Shown: positions 36,719-49,808, counted from the whole stretch's first letter. The stretch is DNA of 63,683 nt, filler included, from Cercozoa sp. M6MM (GCA_040357565.1; 4 parts of 4 records of this genome joined end to end with filler, not necessarily neighbours in it); one strand, 5' to 3'. Notes: generated from the sequence alone by a model not told the origin. Numbers and translations are program-made.

Positions 36719-37019
36719 CACGGATCCTACGGCAGAATAACCGGGTGTGATAACCTCCAGTCAACCTCAAGAATAATCGACAGCGCTTGAATCCGTCTGG
36801 CTGTGCTCCTCTAATAAAAACAACAGCACAAAGCGGCCCTGGGTTTCAACTCCTGATGATCGCGACCAATGCACACGATTGGGACCACTGATCATCTGAC
36901 TCGCCACTGGAGCTCACATGGCTGGCTGATGATTGAAGTGGTCCGGGAGCCGTTTCAAATTGCCGTTTCCAAGTCGCTGTTTGTCGAAGAAAGGTGACGG
37001 GAACGACAACATTGTATTA

Positions 37020-37071
37020 TCAGTTATACAAGTCTTAGAGTGTTCCCTTGCACCAGTCCGGGGTGGCTCAC
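37020..37071 (+). repeat. Third, partial fragment of the dispersed repeat
   Basis: TCAGTTA..CAAGT...TTCCC(T)TGCACCAGTCCGGGGTGG.TCAC matches 9926-9965. Confidence 0.65.
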
Positions 37072-37171
37072 GAAAAAATTATTTTTCTGTGAGCACGAGC
37101 AAACGGGCCGTATTACTACCGTACGTACGCCGAGTGGGTTAGTTGGTGGGACACCGTTGTTCATTAGTTAA

Positions 37172-38046
37172 CTACTCAGGCTTCTCAGGCATCGGCACGG
37201 CCAGGACGTTGTTTTCTTGCAGCTCCTCCTCAAGCTCGAGGGCTGCACACACGCACTTACACACCCACCCACCCACACCATGCATGTCACAAAGCATACC
37301 GACGTCAGGCACAGTGCCCGTCAGGAGTTGTTGCGCCTTGACCAACTGCGCGTGTTGTGCTCATCAAGTGTGCGCACATGTGACTGACAGAAGGGGCGTA
37401 CCGAGGCGATGGCATGGCCACCTGGCGGGAACTCGTCGGACATCTGGTTGAAGTGCTCGGCGAGACGCCATAGGAAGGTAACCGACGGCGGGATCGAAAG
37501 CAAGCCGGCTACACGCACACTAGAGGCATATACAACGAGCAAATGTGCATGCGTGTGCAACAAATCACCAGAAAGGCTCGTACGCAGCATCCAAAACCGC
37601 AGTCTCTTCTGTGCAAGCAAGGTAGGCCCAAAAGTGAACCAGAGGCAAGAAAATACAGAAGGCACGAAACGAGAGTACGTGAAACTTGGGCGAGTTGCGC
37701 AGCGTCGCGCCAGACCACACATTGACCTCTGCACACAATGATCAGACCAGTTTGAGACAGGGATATCTGCTGTGTGGCATGTGAGTACGTCTCCAGGTGG
37801 CCGCGCCGATGCAGATACCGACCAGCAAGGCGGCACCAGTCTCCTTCATGAGCCGCGCTGCGCACGTGAAAAGATAATGAGAATGACAGCCTCGCGAGGT
37901 CAAAACAACAGACGCGCGGTACAGCTGTGCTTGTCGAGAATACGACGCTCTTCCTCTGTCATGTTTTCGACGTCAAAGATGCGCGAGTCCTCGCATTCGT
38001 TCAGATCGCGGTAAACCATTTGGTCCCGCTGTTTGCCCGACTGCAT
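37172..38046 (-). CDS. Hypothetical small membrane protein
   Basis: MQSGKQRDQM...; hydrophobic exon GAALLVGICIGAATW; short GT-AG introns; TAG at 37172. Confidence 0.45.
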
Positions 38047-39249
38047 GGCTGCACGAACGCGACATAATTAATACCGCCGTGAGCTGCGTTTTCGCAAAAT
38101 TACATCAAATCCGATGCACGGTACCTTTTACTGTATGGTAATACCACTGCCACACCAGCTGTGTACTGTATTCTACTGTGCTGGAGACGCCGGCCGGAAA
38201 ACATCGGCTCAGGTCATCGATGGAAAAATCAATCAATACAGGCAGAAGTCGTACTGTGCCTCATAGTTAAACCCACAGCTTTGCGATTTGCACTGCCCGC
38301 GGTTATTGCTCGACAATGACACACGACTCACTGAAAAAGGGTCTGCAGAGTTTCTGCGCCAAACGGGGTGTTAATAATACTCGTCGGGCTAGTTATCAAC
38401 AAGCGCTTTGAAAACTTCGTCGCGCACAAAAGTGATGTGGTGCTGCTGCTTCTTTCGTGCGCTTCTGACTTGCTTTTTTAATTCATCACATGCACATTGT
38501 TCCATTCGGAATAAAACTTGAACAAAGTCCCACGCTCCAAGTCCAGTTGTTGATTCTCGACGGTACCGGTACCGTCTTGTTACGGTATGGAAACCAGTAA
38601 CTAAGGTATTGAAGACGACTAAATAAAGAAGTAAAATGTCAGTTAGAATGGCGTCGATGCGGAGGAATAGAAGACATACCCTTGTAGAAAAGGTCGTGGA
38701 AAGCTCTAAGGCTCGTTGATGGCAATTGAAAAAAACAGCCCAAGCACTATCACGGCGGAACGTATCAAGTGCAAAGGGACAAGAGCTCCGTAGAAGGAAG
38801 CTCGAGAAGAGAAACCAAAGTGCGTGAGCTGTAGAAAGCTTGACCCAAGCTCAATGCAAGGTAAAAGCCTCAGGATGTAATGCAGCCAGGAGATACCTAG
38901 ACAAATCCTTCACTGTTAACCATACTGGTTCTGATTTGATCGTCCGCGCTAACGAGTAGTCAGATGACAACTTGACTGGTTGAGAAACGCTATGCCGTAA
39001 CAGTCTCGACAAACGAAACAATCAGAAGTGTGAGCATTATTTCGTGCAATTCACGATCGGTTGATGCCGCCGCGTGAAGGTGATTCAACTAGCGCAAGAT
39101 CTGCTTGGAAACGATTCGCATTGGTTGAGGTTTCGCCAAGCACAGAAATTTTTGGCTCTAGAGGTGATGAAGTTCGTTGAAAAGCACTCTGCCGATTTAC
39201 TGTCGCATGAGCCCAGCCGAACGGAACCGTGACTCTCGCGAAACTTCAG

Positions 39250-40827
39250 TCAGTTAAACACCCGAGGTGCAACGGCAAAGGCCAGCAGTGACATGATCTG
39301 CCATGACACAACACCCAGATAACTTAAAATGAGGGCACCCAAACCGATCTGATATGTGGGTACCGTTGCAGAAAGCGCATTCACTTGGCCACCCGTCTGT
39401 GTCGTTTGTGTAAGTCACCACAGACAGGATACATCAAAACAACACTGACGTACAACATGAACATAGGGCAAGCGCAGTACGAGAACACGACGACCAGCAA
39501 GCAGTTGTGTTCCTTTCTTGGTCGTGACCATTTTAGTGTCTTCATCCTACAGCGTCATACAGTGTCACATGGATTTAAGCAAGCAATCGCCAAACGCCTA
39601 CCCAACCGGAGAATTCGAGAGTAGCCCCAAGCACCGAGTCCAGCAGCGAACCACCCAAACCGGCACAGACACCCAACAGCAGCCAGGTCGCACTCAGGTA
39701 GAGACTGGTTCAATCACATTAAAACACACAGACACAGAAGCAAGGTAGCCAAGGCAAAAGTAGCTTACTCGATGTTGCACAGCGCGAACGACATCGACAC
39801 GAACAAGCCCGCAAGTGCCGCTGCGAGCAGTCCAGCTAGTGTGACACCGCCGTTGGTTCCCGCAGGGACCTACCACACCCGTTCCATAACGACCAGAGAT
39901 GACAAGCAATCATAGTCGTACCTTGCGCCAAGGTGCCGTGATCAGGCGAGGTGTTTCACTGGACAGCACTCCCAACTCGGACGACCACTGGACACATGTG
40001 CACAGTGGGCCGCCCATCCAGTATGAGACAGTATGGTCTTGAATACAGTGTCGCCGGCACAGCACGCGAAAAACGCAACGAAAGCGCACTGCAGCTGCGT
40101 CGACCAGGCGTCTGGTTCAGCATACACACACGCATCCATATGCTTACTCCATGTTTGCTATCAATGACCTAACTCAAAGCAACAGTACATTCGGAAGACA
40201 GTGGCACTTCCTCAGGAACCGTCAGTTTGTAAATCACTGCAAGATGAGCCATGAGACAAAACAAGGGTCCTGGAGATTTCGACACAAAGAGTACGCGAGC
40301 ACACGGCAGCGCCGTACGAGTTGGCCAGCACTTGCCTGTTCGTTCGACTGTATCAAGGTTAAACACAGAGAAACAAAGCTGGGACCAAGCATTGCGACAT
40401 TGTGCAGAGGCATAGTCTTCCTCGATTCGCTTCTTCTGCTTGGCACCGACTTTAGTGAGTTTAGACGACGCTGTCGGAAACAACAGATTACAGTCGGAGT
40501 GATTTGGAACCTCGAATACACATCGATTTTGAGGTACAAGCGAAAAAGGCGAGCAAAGCCAGACCAAACCTTTGGCCTGACCACCTGGTTGCATTCAGAC
40601 ATGTTAGACATCAAAATGGCGCTTGATAGCGATATGGAAACCACAAACAAACATACAGGATAAGAGCACCGACGACGAAAGCCGCCACCGCACCGCTTAA
40701 GTCACTGTCAAAGCAAAACTATTGGTGTAAGTTAAAAAACGGAAAAGAGGCTCTACAGAGAACGCTTTCGATAGCTGTAAGCAGCAAGCGCGCTCGACGA
40801 AACAACCGCGCGGATGACTTCATCCAT
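39250..40827 (-). CDS. TMEM19: TMEM19 / DUF92 integral membrane protein
   Basis: YRKRSLDLSGAVAAFVVG; SSKLTK; FACCAGDT; SELG...PRLIT; GTNGGVTLAG; GGSLLDSVLGATLEFSG; QVNALSA. Confidence 0.85.
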
Positions 40828-41329
40828 CGTGATATTCTGATAGTTTTCTCGCACAGATGAAGCTACTCACTTATATGGTACAAGCATTGCACTGCACACC
40901 TCAGTGTACAGAGAACTGACACGACTTCTTGGTAGCAAGCGAGAAAAATAAAAACCGTCGTTTGATCGGCGCTCCGTGCCCGGAAAATGGGCCAACAAGT
41001 GGTACGAAGACACTACCAGGGCATCCCACTCAGTGTAGAGAACGGGGTTTTTAATAAGGACGGGAGATAGACGTGCGAGACGCTCGTGAGTCTCCTTGGG
41101 CCGGCCTGGGCAATCGATAGTCGGTGAAATCACACAGACGGATCGGCACGCGCAGGCGTCACACGAGGTGTGTGCTGCATCATTACATGCCAGGGAAGGT
41201 GTTTAGCACCTGTGTCTTGCGTCGCGTTCTGTGCGATCGAAACCGCCCCCAAACAATGACCCCTGTTTTTTTTCTTTTTTTGCGTTGTTGTTTGGTTTCT
41301 GTTTTCTCGTTGATATTGAGGTGCTGCAG

Positions 41330-44300
41330 ATGTCTTCCGAGGAAGGCAGTCTCAACAAGGACAACAACAGTGGCGGCAGGAGTCTCAACATCAACCTGAG
41401 CGTCGAAGGTGCTGGAGGCGGCGAAGAGGACCACCCGCCGGCCTCGGTGGGCATCAAGCTGCGTCGCATCAAGATTCTGCAGTCCGTGGGACCTACTCCT
41501 TTGGGTACCACCTGTGTCCAGCTATGTATTATGTATCTGTATCAAGATTAAAAATGTACATCGCTGAGATATGCGTGCGTACAGGCGACCTGGGCGACTC
41601 TCTGTCAGGCTTTGATCTCAACAATGCACATCAGGTAGGGAAGGCTTTGATCTCAACAATGCGTTAACAAGCGTGGGAAGCACTTTGTGCGCGTGTGTGT
41701 GCAGACACTGTTTTTGGGTTCGCCGCCGCTGAACATGTTGCGACCGTCGCCGCATGTTGGTCCGCGCGCTGCCTCGATGTCGACGCTTCACCTGTCGCTC
41801 AACGAGGCAGGTACATCCTCCTGTCAGTGTCTGTTCCTCTTTCTTTCTATGTGATGTATGGTGTGTGGGTGTGCTTTCGGGACAGGCGAACTGGCCGACG
41901 ACGAGGACGCGCCGAGTATCTCGAAACAGGCTTCGTCTGGAGTGCGGCACGCGCTGTCGCTTCTCGAGGACTCGCATGCGCACAATGGCTCCATGCATGG
42001 TACTGCAGCCCTCTCTCGCCCCTTCCTTTACCCTCTCTTTACCCCTCCCTTTACCCCCTCTTCCGCAGGTATCGAAGACGAGGACGAGCGTGACATGGAC
42101 TCGTTCGCGCAGCAGTTGCAACTGTCGCTGCAGCTGCGTCCGGTGCGGTCGCCGCGGCATGCGCACATGATCGGCACCGGTGGTGGTAAGGCTTTTCCCT
42201 ACCTCTGCTTCTCCCCTTCCCTACCCCTGCCCCTACCACCCCTACTCCTACTCCTCCCCTACCCCTACCCCTACCCCTACTCCTCCCCTTACCTCTACCC
42301 ATACCCTATTTTTCTGTACCTCTGTTATGTCAACAGGTTCGCCACCAGCAACCTTCTCGCTGGGTGGCAACACCTCCAGCACGCGTATGTCGCCCATGCT
42401 GCCACCTCGTGGTACGTGCCTTCCTCCTTTTACCTTACCCCTTTACCCTTTACCTACCCCCCTGCCCGGTGGCACAGGCGGCTCGGACCAGCTGCTGAGC
42501 ATTCCGATTCGCCTGACGCTGCAGCAGTCGCCGTCGGCGTCGCCGCGACTGTCGACGCTACTGTCGCCCAAGTCGGGTACACTCACTCAGTGTGTCTGGT
42601 CCATTTGTACCGACAGTGTAGCCACAGTCGTAGCCACGGGTGTATTTATCTTTTCACTTGTGCTGACAGGCTCGAGGTCGATGCGTATGCGTGTGCCTGC
42701 CTCTCATCGCAATGTATCATACCAGCCCTCACCTGTACTTCTTCCCCAGTACCCCCCCCCCCCCCTGAGTAGCGAAAATCATCAGTGCTGGCGTCGCGTT
42801 CGGTGTCGCCAACGAGTGCGCAGAACAGCAGCAGTGGCACAGGCGGTGCGCGCAGCAGCGGTGGCACAGGTGCGGCAGCAACAACCGCCACAGGTGGCAC
42901 GGCAAGAACGACAGCAAGAACGACGGCAGCGGGCGGCGGTACTGGCAGCAACAAGGGCACGCCTGTCGGCAGTGCCTTCAGTCATCGCGTCATCATGACG
43001 CCCAAACTCGGTGCCATGGGCTCACCCTCCTTCCGGCAGGACAAGACGCAAAAGGGCACACTGTCCTCACCTTTCGGTCCGGTGCAGATGGTGCCGCGCA
43101 CCATGTTCGAGTGGGTACGCTGTCCCTACCCTACCTGTACTTTTTAGTTCTACTCCCCTACACCCCCACAGGAGCACGAGGCGACACTGACAGTTCAGGC
43201 GCCAGATACGCCGGAACTGAGTGTGACACTACAGCGACTCAAGGAGTTTGAAGAAGCGCATGGTGGTCATCTGGAGGCTCTCGTGATGCATGATCCCGAC
43301 AAGGACCGCTCTGAGTTGTACCTCCCCCTTTCCTACCTACTTACCTACCTACCTACCTACCTACCTACCTACCTGACTCACCTTGCGCAGGGTACTGCTG
43401 CAAGATGCCGAACAAATGCCGATGCGCATGAAGCTGGTACCCCTGTCTATCTTAGTGTACTACTAAGGTAGGTGTACCTCCCTTCCTGTGAGACAGAACG
43501 GATCACCGACCTCGTCGATCGGTTCGTCGTCGCCGGTGACGTCGTCGCCTGCTTCGTGTACACACTCTCTGGTTGTACCCCTTGTACATGTGTACTTGTG
43601 TACTTGTGCACAACTGTGCTCGTGTCCACGTGTACCTGTGCGTGTACAAGCATACCTGTGTGGGCCGTGTACAGTGGGTGGCAAGTCGCGACACAACAAG
43701 ATGGAGATGTTGGCGATGGCAGCGCAGACCTCGCGCATCCAGGACATTGCGCACGGCCGCACGCCGACGTTGCGCGCCACGCGACACGCCGGCAAGTCGC
43801 GCGGCATCTCGGGTACCCTCCCTCCTGTCCATGTGCACCTGTATGTCCATGTGTACCTGTATGTTCATGTACTACCTGTATGTCAATGTACCGGTACCGC
43901 AGACTACAGCGACGGCGACGACACGGACGACGACGAGATCGATCAGCAAAAGGCGAGTGTCATGCGACGCCGCTTGCTCGCCGAGATCGAGGACGACGAG
44001 CCTGGTACCTCTTGCACGTATCTATGTGTGAGTGTCTGCGTGCGTGTGTGTCCACACTCTGGGTACCTCCTGCACGTGTCGACTGGGCCGATTGATACAC
44101 ACAGGCGGCGTGCGAGTGAGTGGGTCGCCGGTGTCACCGTCGTTCAACAGCGGCGTCACCGTCACCGGCAACGGCGGTCCGCGACGCTCGCAGCGACGAC
44201 GCGACGCGCTGGCCAAGAAGAAGCTCGCGCAGGCTTCGACTTCTGGTACCCTCTGATGCGACGGTGCCTTTGATCGGTGCACCTGTGACTGACGGTGTGA

Positions 44301-46203
44301 TCGGTGCGTTTGATCGCAGGAAACGCGGCCGCGAGGAAACGCAGTGCGGCCGCGTCGGCCACGCGGCACGAGGGCCTGGCACGCGGGCCGCCCAACGTGT
44401 CGTGCCACCAGGTAGACCCCCCCCCACCCCACCCCTGCCCCCTTTACCCCCCCCCCCCCAGTGCAAGTGCCGACGCGACGAGCTGATCTACTGCACGGCC
44501 GTCAAGCACGGAAACAGCGAGCGCTGCCGCAAAAAGTACTGCTTCCGCTGTCTCAAGAAGTTCTACGAGGAGGACCCGGTACACTCACGCCCACAGTACC
44601 AAATGTACGGTACGAATGGACCAATGTACAACGTGTGTACAGGTGAACCACGCCGAGGACCCGAGTCGGCCCAGCAGCGAGGAGCTCTGGCAGGAACTGA
44701 ACCGAGTCGGGTGGACCTGTCCCTCATGCCGCAACGTCTGCATGTGCGCTGCCTGTCGCCGCAAGGCCGACGTCGACCTTGACGATGTCAGGGTAGTCTC
44801 CCCACCCCTCCTCCTTACCCCTTACCCCTTACCCCCCCCCCCCCCCCCCGCGCGCAGGGCCGGCGGGAGCAGCCGCGCGCCGAGCAGGCGTCGCTGCCGT
44901 TCGGAACGTCGAGCGAGCTGAAGAAGCGGCAGGCCATGCTGAAGGAGGTACCGCAGCACATGCTCACGCAGACGCGCAGCGGCCGCGTGTCGCTCGCCAC
45001 CGTCGCCGCACTCGAGCACAGTCAGCACATGTCGCACGGTCCGCGCGGACAACACAAGCGGCGACTACAGATCGCGTCGCGACCCGGCCTCAATCAGAGG
45101 GTGACTCTGCCCCACCCATACCCCACCTATACACATATACATATATATATATATATATTGTGTCAGGGGCGACCCGTGCTGCAGCAGCGACCGGCGAAAC
45201 GCATCAAGATCAACACACGGTACGTATGGGCATTGTATTGGACGGGGACACTTGAACGGGACGGTTGTACCGCACGTATGTGGCTTCAGACCACAGCCAG
45301 TGACGCAGCAGCGTTTCACGACGGCGCAGCAGGTCAGCGAGCGACTGCAGGCGCTGCAGCGTGTGCCACGGTATCACGGCCCCAGTTATCCCTTTGTTGC
45401 CTTTACCCTCCCCCCCCCCGCCCCCGATAGACCGGAAAGGGCGCGTCAGATCGCCAGCGAGATCGTTTATCGATCTGGTCTGTTGCTTTACCCTGCTTCC
45501 TTTAAACCCTACCCTACCCCCTCCCCCTCCTGCAGGACTTCGGATGACGAATGGGCAGCCGAACATGCAGCTGATCCAGCAGATACTGACGCCGTGGGGC
45601 GACCAGTTGCCCACTGAGCCGGTACCTATTTTAACTGAGCCCGTGGTACTTGTGTACCTGTTACTGTACATGTGTGTTGGGGCAGGTGGCTCTGATAGCA
45701 CACCAGATACTCAAGCGAGGTGCCTTCCTGGCCAACGGACGTGTCGACGATCGCGCTGTGGCGGCCTACGTGTCACAATACGCCGACTGGTTCTTCCGGG
45801 TAGCTTCTGTCTCGCACTAAGAGAGTGTATGACCTGTGGGTAGGGTGGAATCTCTCTCCATATTTGATGACCTGTTTGTCCAGGAACAAGAGACCAAACT
45901 GAAGCGTGAATTGGATTCGCTGAAGCAGCAGGCACCGGCGGCAGGAACGGCCTTTGCCGTGCTCATGCAGGTACCCTCTGTTCATGTCCATATGTGCCCG
46001 TGTCTATAGGCGGGTTATGTGCATTTATATGTATGTGTCCCTTCTTGCAGAGCAATGCGGCCAGTGCGAGGCAGCAGGTCAACGTCAACGATGCCGAACA
46101 AGCCGGTGCTGCCACCACTCAGCAGTCATCACAGCAGCAGCAGCAACAACAACAACTACTGCTACAACAGCAGCAACAGCAACAGCAACAGCAGAAGCAA
46201 TAG
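41330..46203 (+). CDS. Large low-complexity protein with a zf-4CXXC_R1 zinc finger and poly-Gln tail
   Basis: Spliced SCHQCKCRR...YC...RCRKKYCFRCLKKFYEE...WTCPSCRNVCMCAACRRK; many SP-rich exons. Confidence 0.75.
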
Positions 46204-46267
46204 CAATAAGGGTGATACACAGGCAAGACCCGCGAATGTACCATACACAAGACATACAACACGAACG

Positions 46268-46303
<36 letters not shown>

Positions 46304-46774
46304 CCTGCTGCCTGTAGCCTTCAGCTACAGTACGCTGCCCCACTGACTTCCGTTCTCTTTCTTGGCGATGTGACTTATTTTTGGCACTAATCGAATACAT
46401 ATACGGTGCGTATCTATCAGTTTTGGCTCGGTTTCTGCAGGAAACAGATCCGCCATTAACCCATCCATATACGGTATATGGTGTTGCCGCAGCCCTCTCA
46501 GATAGGGATTAGGCGGGTATGGCGGTGTTAACCGACCTTGAAGAAACGTCGTCAAGCACGATCTTCGAAATCCGTCACGGCGCCCGGAGCGCCGGGACAA
46601 AATGAAACGCCCTACTCGTAATAAGAATGACAACAAAAAGTTAGAGTGGTTGTTTTTGTTTGAAGTTTTCACTCTTGTGATTACTAATCGGGCCGCGTGA
46701 TAAACACCTGAAGGATACTACGTTGATCAAGACTTCACCCTCCGTGACATCTGCCGTGACATTGACACTGGCAG

Positions 46775-47158
46775 ATGGGCAACCACTCGACGATGCGCGT
46801 GACACCTCGTCTCACGGGAAGCCGCATCGTCCACGCGGTGACCTGGCTATTGCTTCTGACCTTCTTTGTGTGGGAGAGCTGGAAATGTTGGTCTCACTTG
46901 CGAGACCAACACTCCCTCAACATTGAAGCCTGCGAGGCCAAGCTCGAGCAAGTTCAAGAGAATGTCCAACTCAGCCGAGAGCTGGGCATCGACGCCGAAG
47001 ACATGGCCATCCTCAACTGCCAGGAAATCTGGGGCACTTTCCCAGATTTCCGAGGATGGCTCATGGCCAACCCCCCACGGATCCTGACCCCCGGCAGCAA
47101 ATCCTTGTACGCCAACAGCGGGGTTTTTCGAGGCAAATCAGAATCAAATCGGGAGTAA
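46775..47158 (+). CDS. Intronless hypothetical ORF with an N-terminal hydrophobic anchor
   Basis: 127-aa ORF; IVHAVTWLLLLTFFVW, then a short coiled segment. Confidence 0.4.
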   Translation: MGNHSTMRVTPRLTGSRIVHAVTWLLLLTFFVWESWKCWSHLRDQHSLNIEACEAKLEQVQENVQLSRELGIDAEDMAILNCQEIWGTFPDFRGWLMANPPRILTPGSKSLYANSGVFRGKSESNRE

Positions 47159-47923
47159 AGGGGGTAAGGTTAAGGGGGAAGGAGGTAAATATTTAAGAGT
47201 TCGGTTTTGCCTCGAAAAACCCCGCCATACCCGAATTGGGCCTTGGTAAATTGATTGTACTTTGCCAGTGATACAAAAAAACTAAGAAACGTAAGAAAGT
47301 CTGTTCCTGGAGAGAGTGGCCAAGTGTCAGTTTGAAAGAGTGAGCTACCCCAACGGTTTAGTTGGGCGGCAAAGCACTGGTGGCGGAAAGGTCCCCGTCA
47401 GACGGTAACTGTAGAAAGGACAGTCAGTAAAAAGGGTCCTTGAGACGGAAAGACGTCGTCAAAACGTTAACTGAGTAGTGAGGATTCAGAAGTACTTGAG
47501 TCGGCGTGAAGTAAAGAAAAGAAGGGCCTCTGGAAAGTCAGAGGACAGGTAGAAGCGAAGACAACTGGTCCTGGAGAGGTCAGATTACCTGGTCGAGAGA
47601 GCCCTTCTTTGAGTTCAGCTGCAAAAGCTTGCTCAAGGCTTCCCTACTCAAACACAGGTGTTCCACAGTCTGGACTGAAGCTCTCAGTGAGTTTAGGTCA
47701 GGATACCAGCGAACACACGTCAAAATCTTACACCTCTCTTGTGGTTTTTTGTAAGTCTTAAAATGGCCCCGCCAATCCGGGACAACTGAAACCCGTTTCA
47801 AAACATTAAGGTATTCGCCAGCTCCAGTTCTAGACTTGAAGGGACAATCGAAGCGTTCTAGACTTTCTGGGATAGTCTACGGCCTGTCCTCATGGGGCAC
47901 GGCACCCAAGTCAACGGTTTCAG

Positions 47924-48464
47924 TTAGAAATAGTTGCCCTCCGGTTGAGGCAGGTGCGCGACGCTCTGCATGATCTCGCGCAGCTCGACCAGCGGCTTGT
48001 CCATCGTGTCGTTGCGCGTCCACTGATGCAGCGTTCGCAGCTTGCGCGGATCGACCTTTCATACACCAGGGAAAGATAGTAAGGCAGACCAGACAAGCGA
48101 ATAAAAAACTTGAAAGTACCCGTCCAGTGCTTTGGTCGACGCAGTCGGCGTTGAAGCGTGTCTGGAAGCGCAGCTGCGGCGGCTGCTCCGGGTAGTTCTC
48201 ACCGCACTCGATGAGCACCCTGTAGATACGATCGGCGATCGGCGTGTCCTGCGGCGGGAAGATCGTGCTCTGCCAGTGCGTCAGCGTCATGTCAGTGTTG
48301 TCGGCCAGGCCCCAGGAAATCACACCTACCAACAGCACATACACACAGCACAGGCAACACTGAATGAAGCTACCTGCATGAGGAAGACTGTCGCCCTTGC
48401 CCTCGGCACGGTGCAGCTCATCCAGCAGCTTAAACGAGCGCGGCACAATGACCTCTTCCGCCAT
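47924..48464 (-). CDS. MMS2: Ubiquitin-conjugating enzyme E2 variant (UEV1/MMS2), 3 exons
   Basis: VIVPRSFKLLDEL; ISWGL; RIYRVLIECGENYPEQPP; LPQPEGNYF. Confidence 0.92.
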
Positions 48465-48794
48465 TCTGTTTTCACGGGGAACACCGCGTCAGAACAAGAA
48501 AACAACCACCCACAGAAAGAAAACCTCTCTTGTGGTGGCTGTGTAGAACTTTATCAGCTACTCTGAGCACTCCCACAATTGCAGACTCAAAGTCAACACA
48601 CAGTTGCACGTTCAGGGGCAGGGTGTGGGTCTTAGAAAAAACTGAAGAGCCGGAGCTCAGGGATAGTCAAAATAGCCACGACAACTACGAAGCGCGCGAG
48701 AATTCTAAAAGGGCTGCAGAGCAGTGCAAACAGAGTTTTGTAACATGCCTCGTCGGCGCAACAAGCGAAGCGTGAGTTTTCGTGGGAAAAAACA

Positions 48795-49286
48795 ATGATG
48801 TCGGGTGAGTATCGACATATCTCGTTGCATTATGTGATTTGTGCAGCGCAAGGGCGGCGCCGCCGAGCCGGCGCCAAAGCGCCAGAAGCAGCAGGCGCAG
48901 CAGCAGGAGCAGAGGCAGCAACTTGTCGATACGAAATCGCAAGAGATGCCGAAGCCGGGAGTTCAGTCGAAGCACTCTCAGTCGAAGCACTCTCAGTCGA
49001 AGCACTCTCAGTCGAAGCACTCTCAGTCGAAACAGAAGCGCAAGCAGCGAAAGCAGCAGAAAAAGACGCAACAAAAGCAGCAGCAGCAGCAGGTCGAAAC
49101 TGAAGTCAAGCAGCAGCTGCAAGAACAGCAGGCAGCGGCTGCAAGTGCAGTCGACGACATGCTGGCCTTCCTGGGTGCCGACGGCAGCGACAGCGACAGC
49201 GACGCCGACGACAGTCAGCAGGGCAGCGGTGCCAACAACAGCAGCAACAACAGCAACTGCAACAACAACAACAACAACGACAACGA

Positions 49287-49323
<37 letters not shown>

Positions 49324-49490
49324 AGCGATGCCGAGCTGGAGCGACTCATCGCCATGGACGACGAGGATGAGCCGCTCGACCACGAGTTCGCGCACAAGAA
49401 GTCGCGCCGCGTCGACGCTACCGAGGTCCAGGTGCGTGTGTGTGTGTGTGCCACCTGTCCCCTGTGTGCACCTGTATCTGTGTGGTGCGC

Positions 49491-49524
<34 letters not shown>

Positions 49525-49653
49525 ATATGTACAAGTACACATACAAGTAGATGTACAAGTAGATGTACAGTACATGTACATGTGTACATGTCTCTATGTG
49601 CACACGCGCACAGGCACTGCTGCGAGACCTGGGCGGCGACGACTTTGAGCAGC
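48795..49653 (+). CDS. 5' part of a Q/K-rich then acidic low-complexity protein, truncated by contig end; contains a 15-bp coding tandem repeat (QSKHS x4, 48964-49023)
   Basis: Long open exon 48847-49431 bounded by AG/GT. Confidence 0.55.
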
Positions 49654-49753
49654 NNNNNNNNNNNNNNNNNNNNNNNNNNNNNNNNNNNNNNNNNNNNTTA
49701 ATTAATTAANNNNNNNNNNNNNNNNNNNNNNNNNNNNNNNNNNNNNNNNNNNN
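49654..49753. other. Artificial contig linker
   Basis: N44-TTAATTAATTAA-N44. Confidence 0.97.
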
Positions 49754-49802
<49 letters not shown>

Positions 49803-49808
49803 TACATC

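Noticed and set aside
38200-39200. Possible gene between the 38-kb hypothetical gene and TMEM19
   Set aside because: No convincing exon chain or motif could be assembled
4411-48464. Apparent cluster of ubiquitin-system genes (RINGs, PPPDE, cullin, UEV)
   Set aside because: Large common families, interspersed with unrelated genes and split over different contigs
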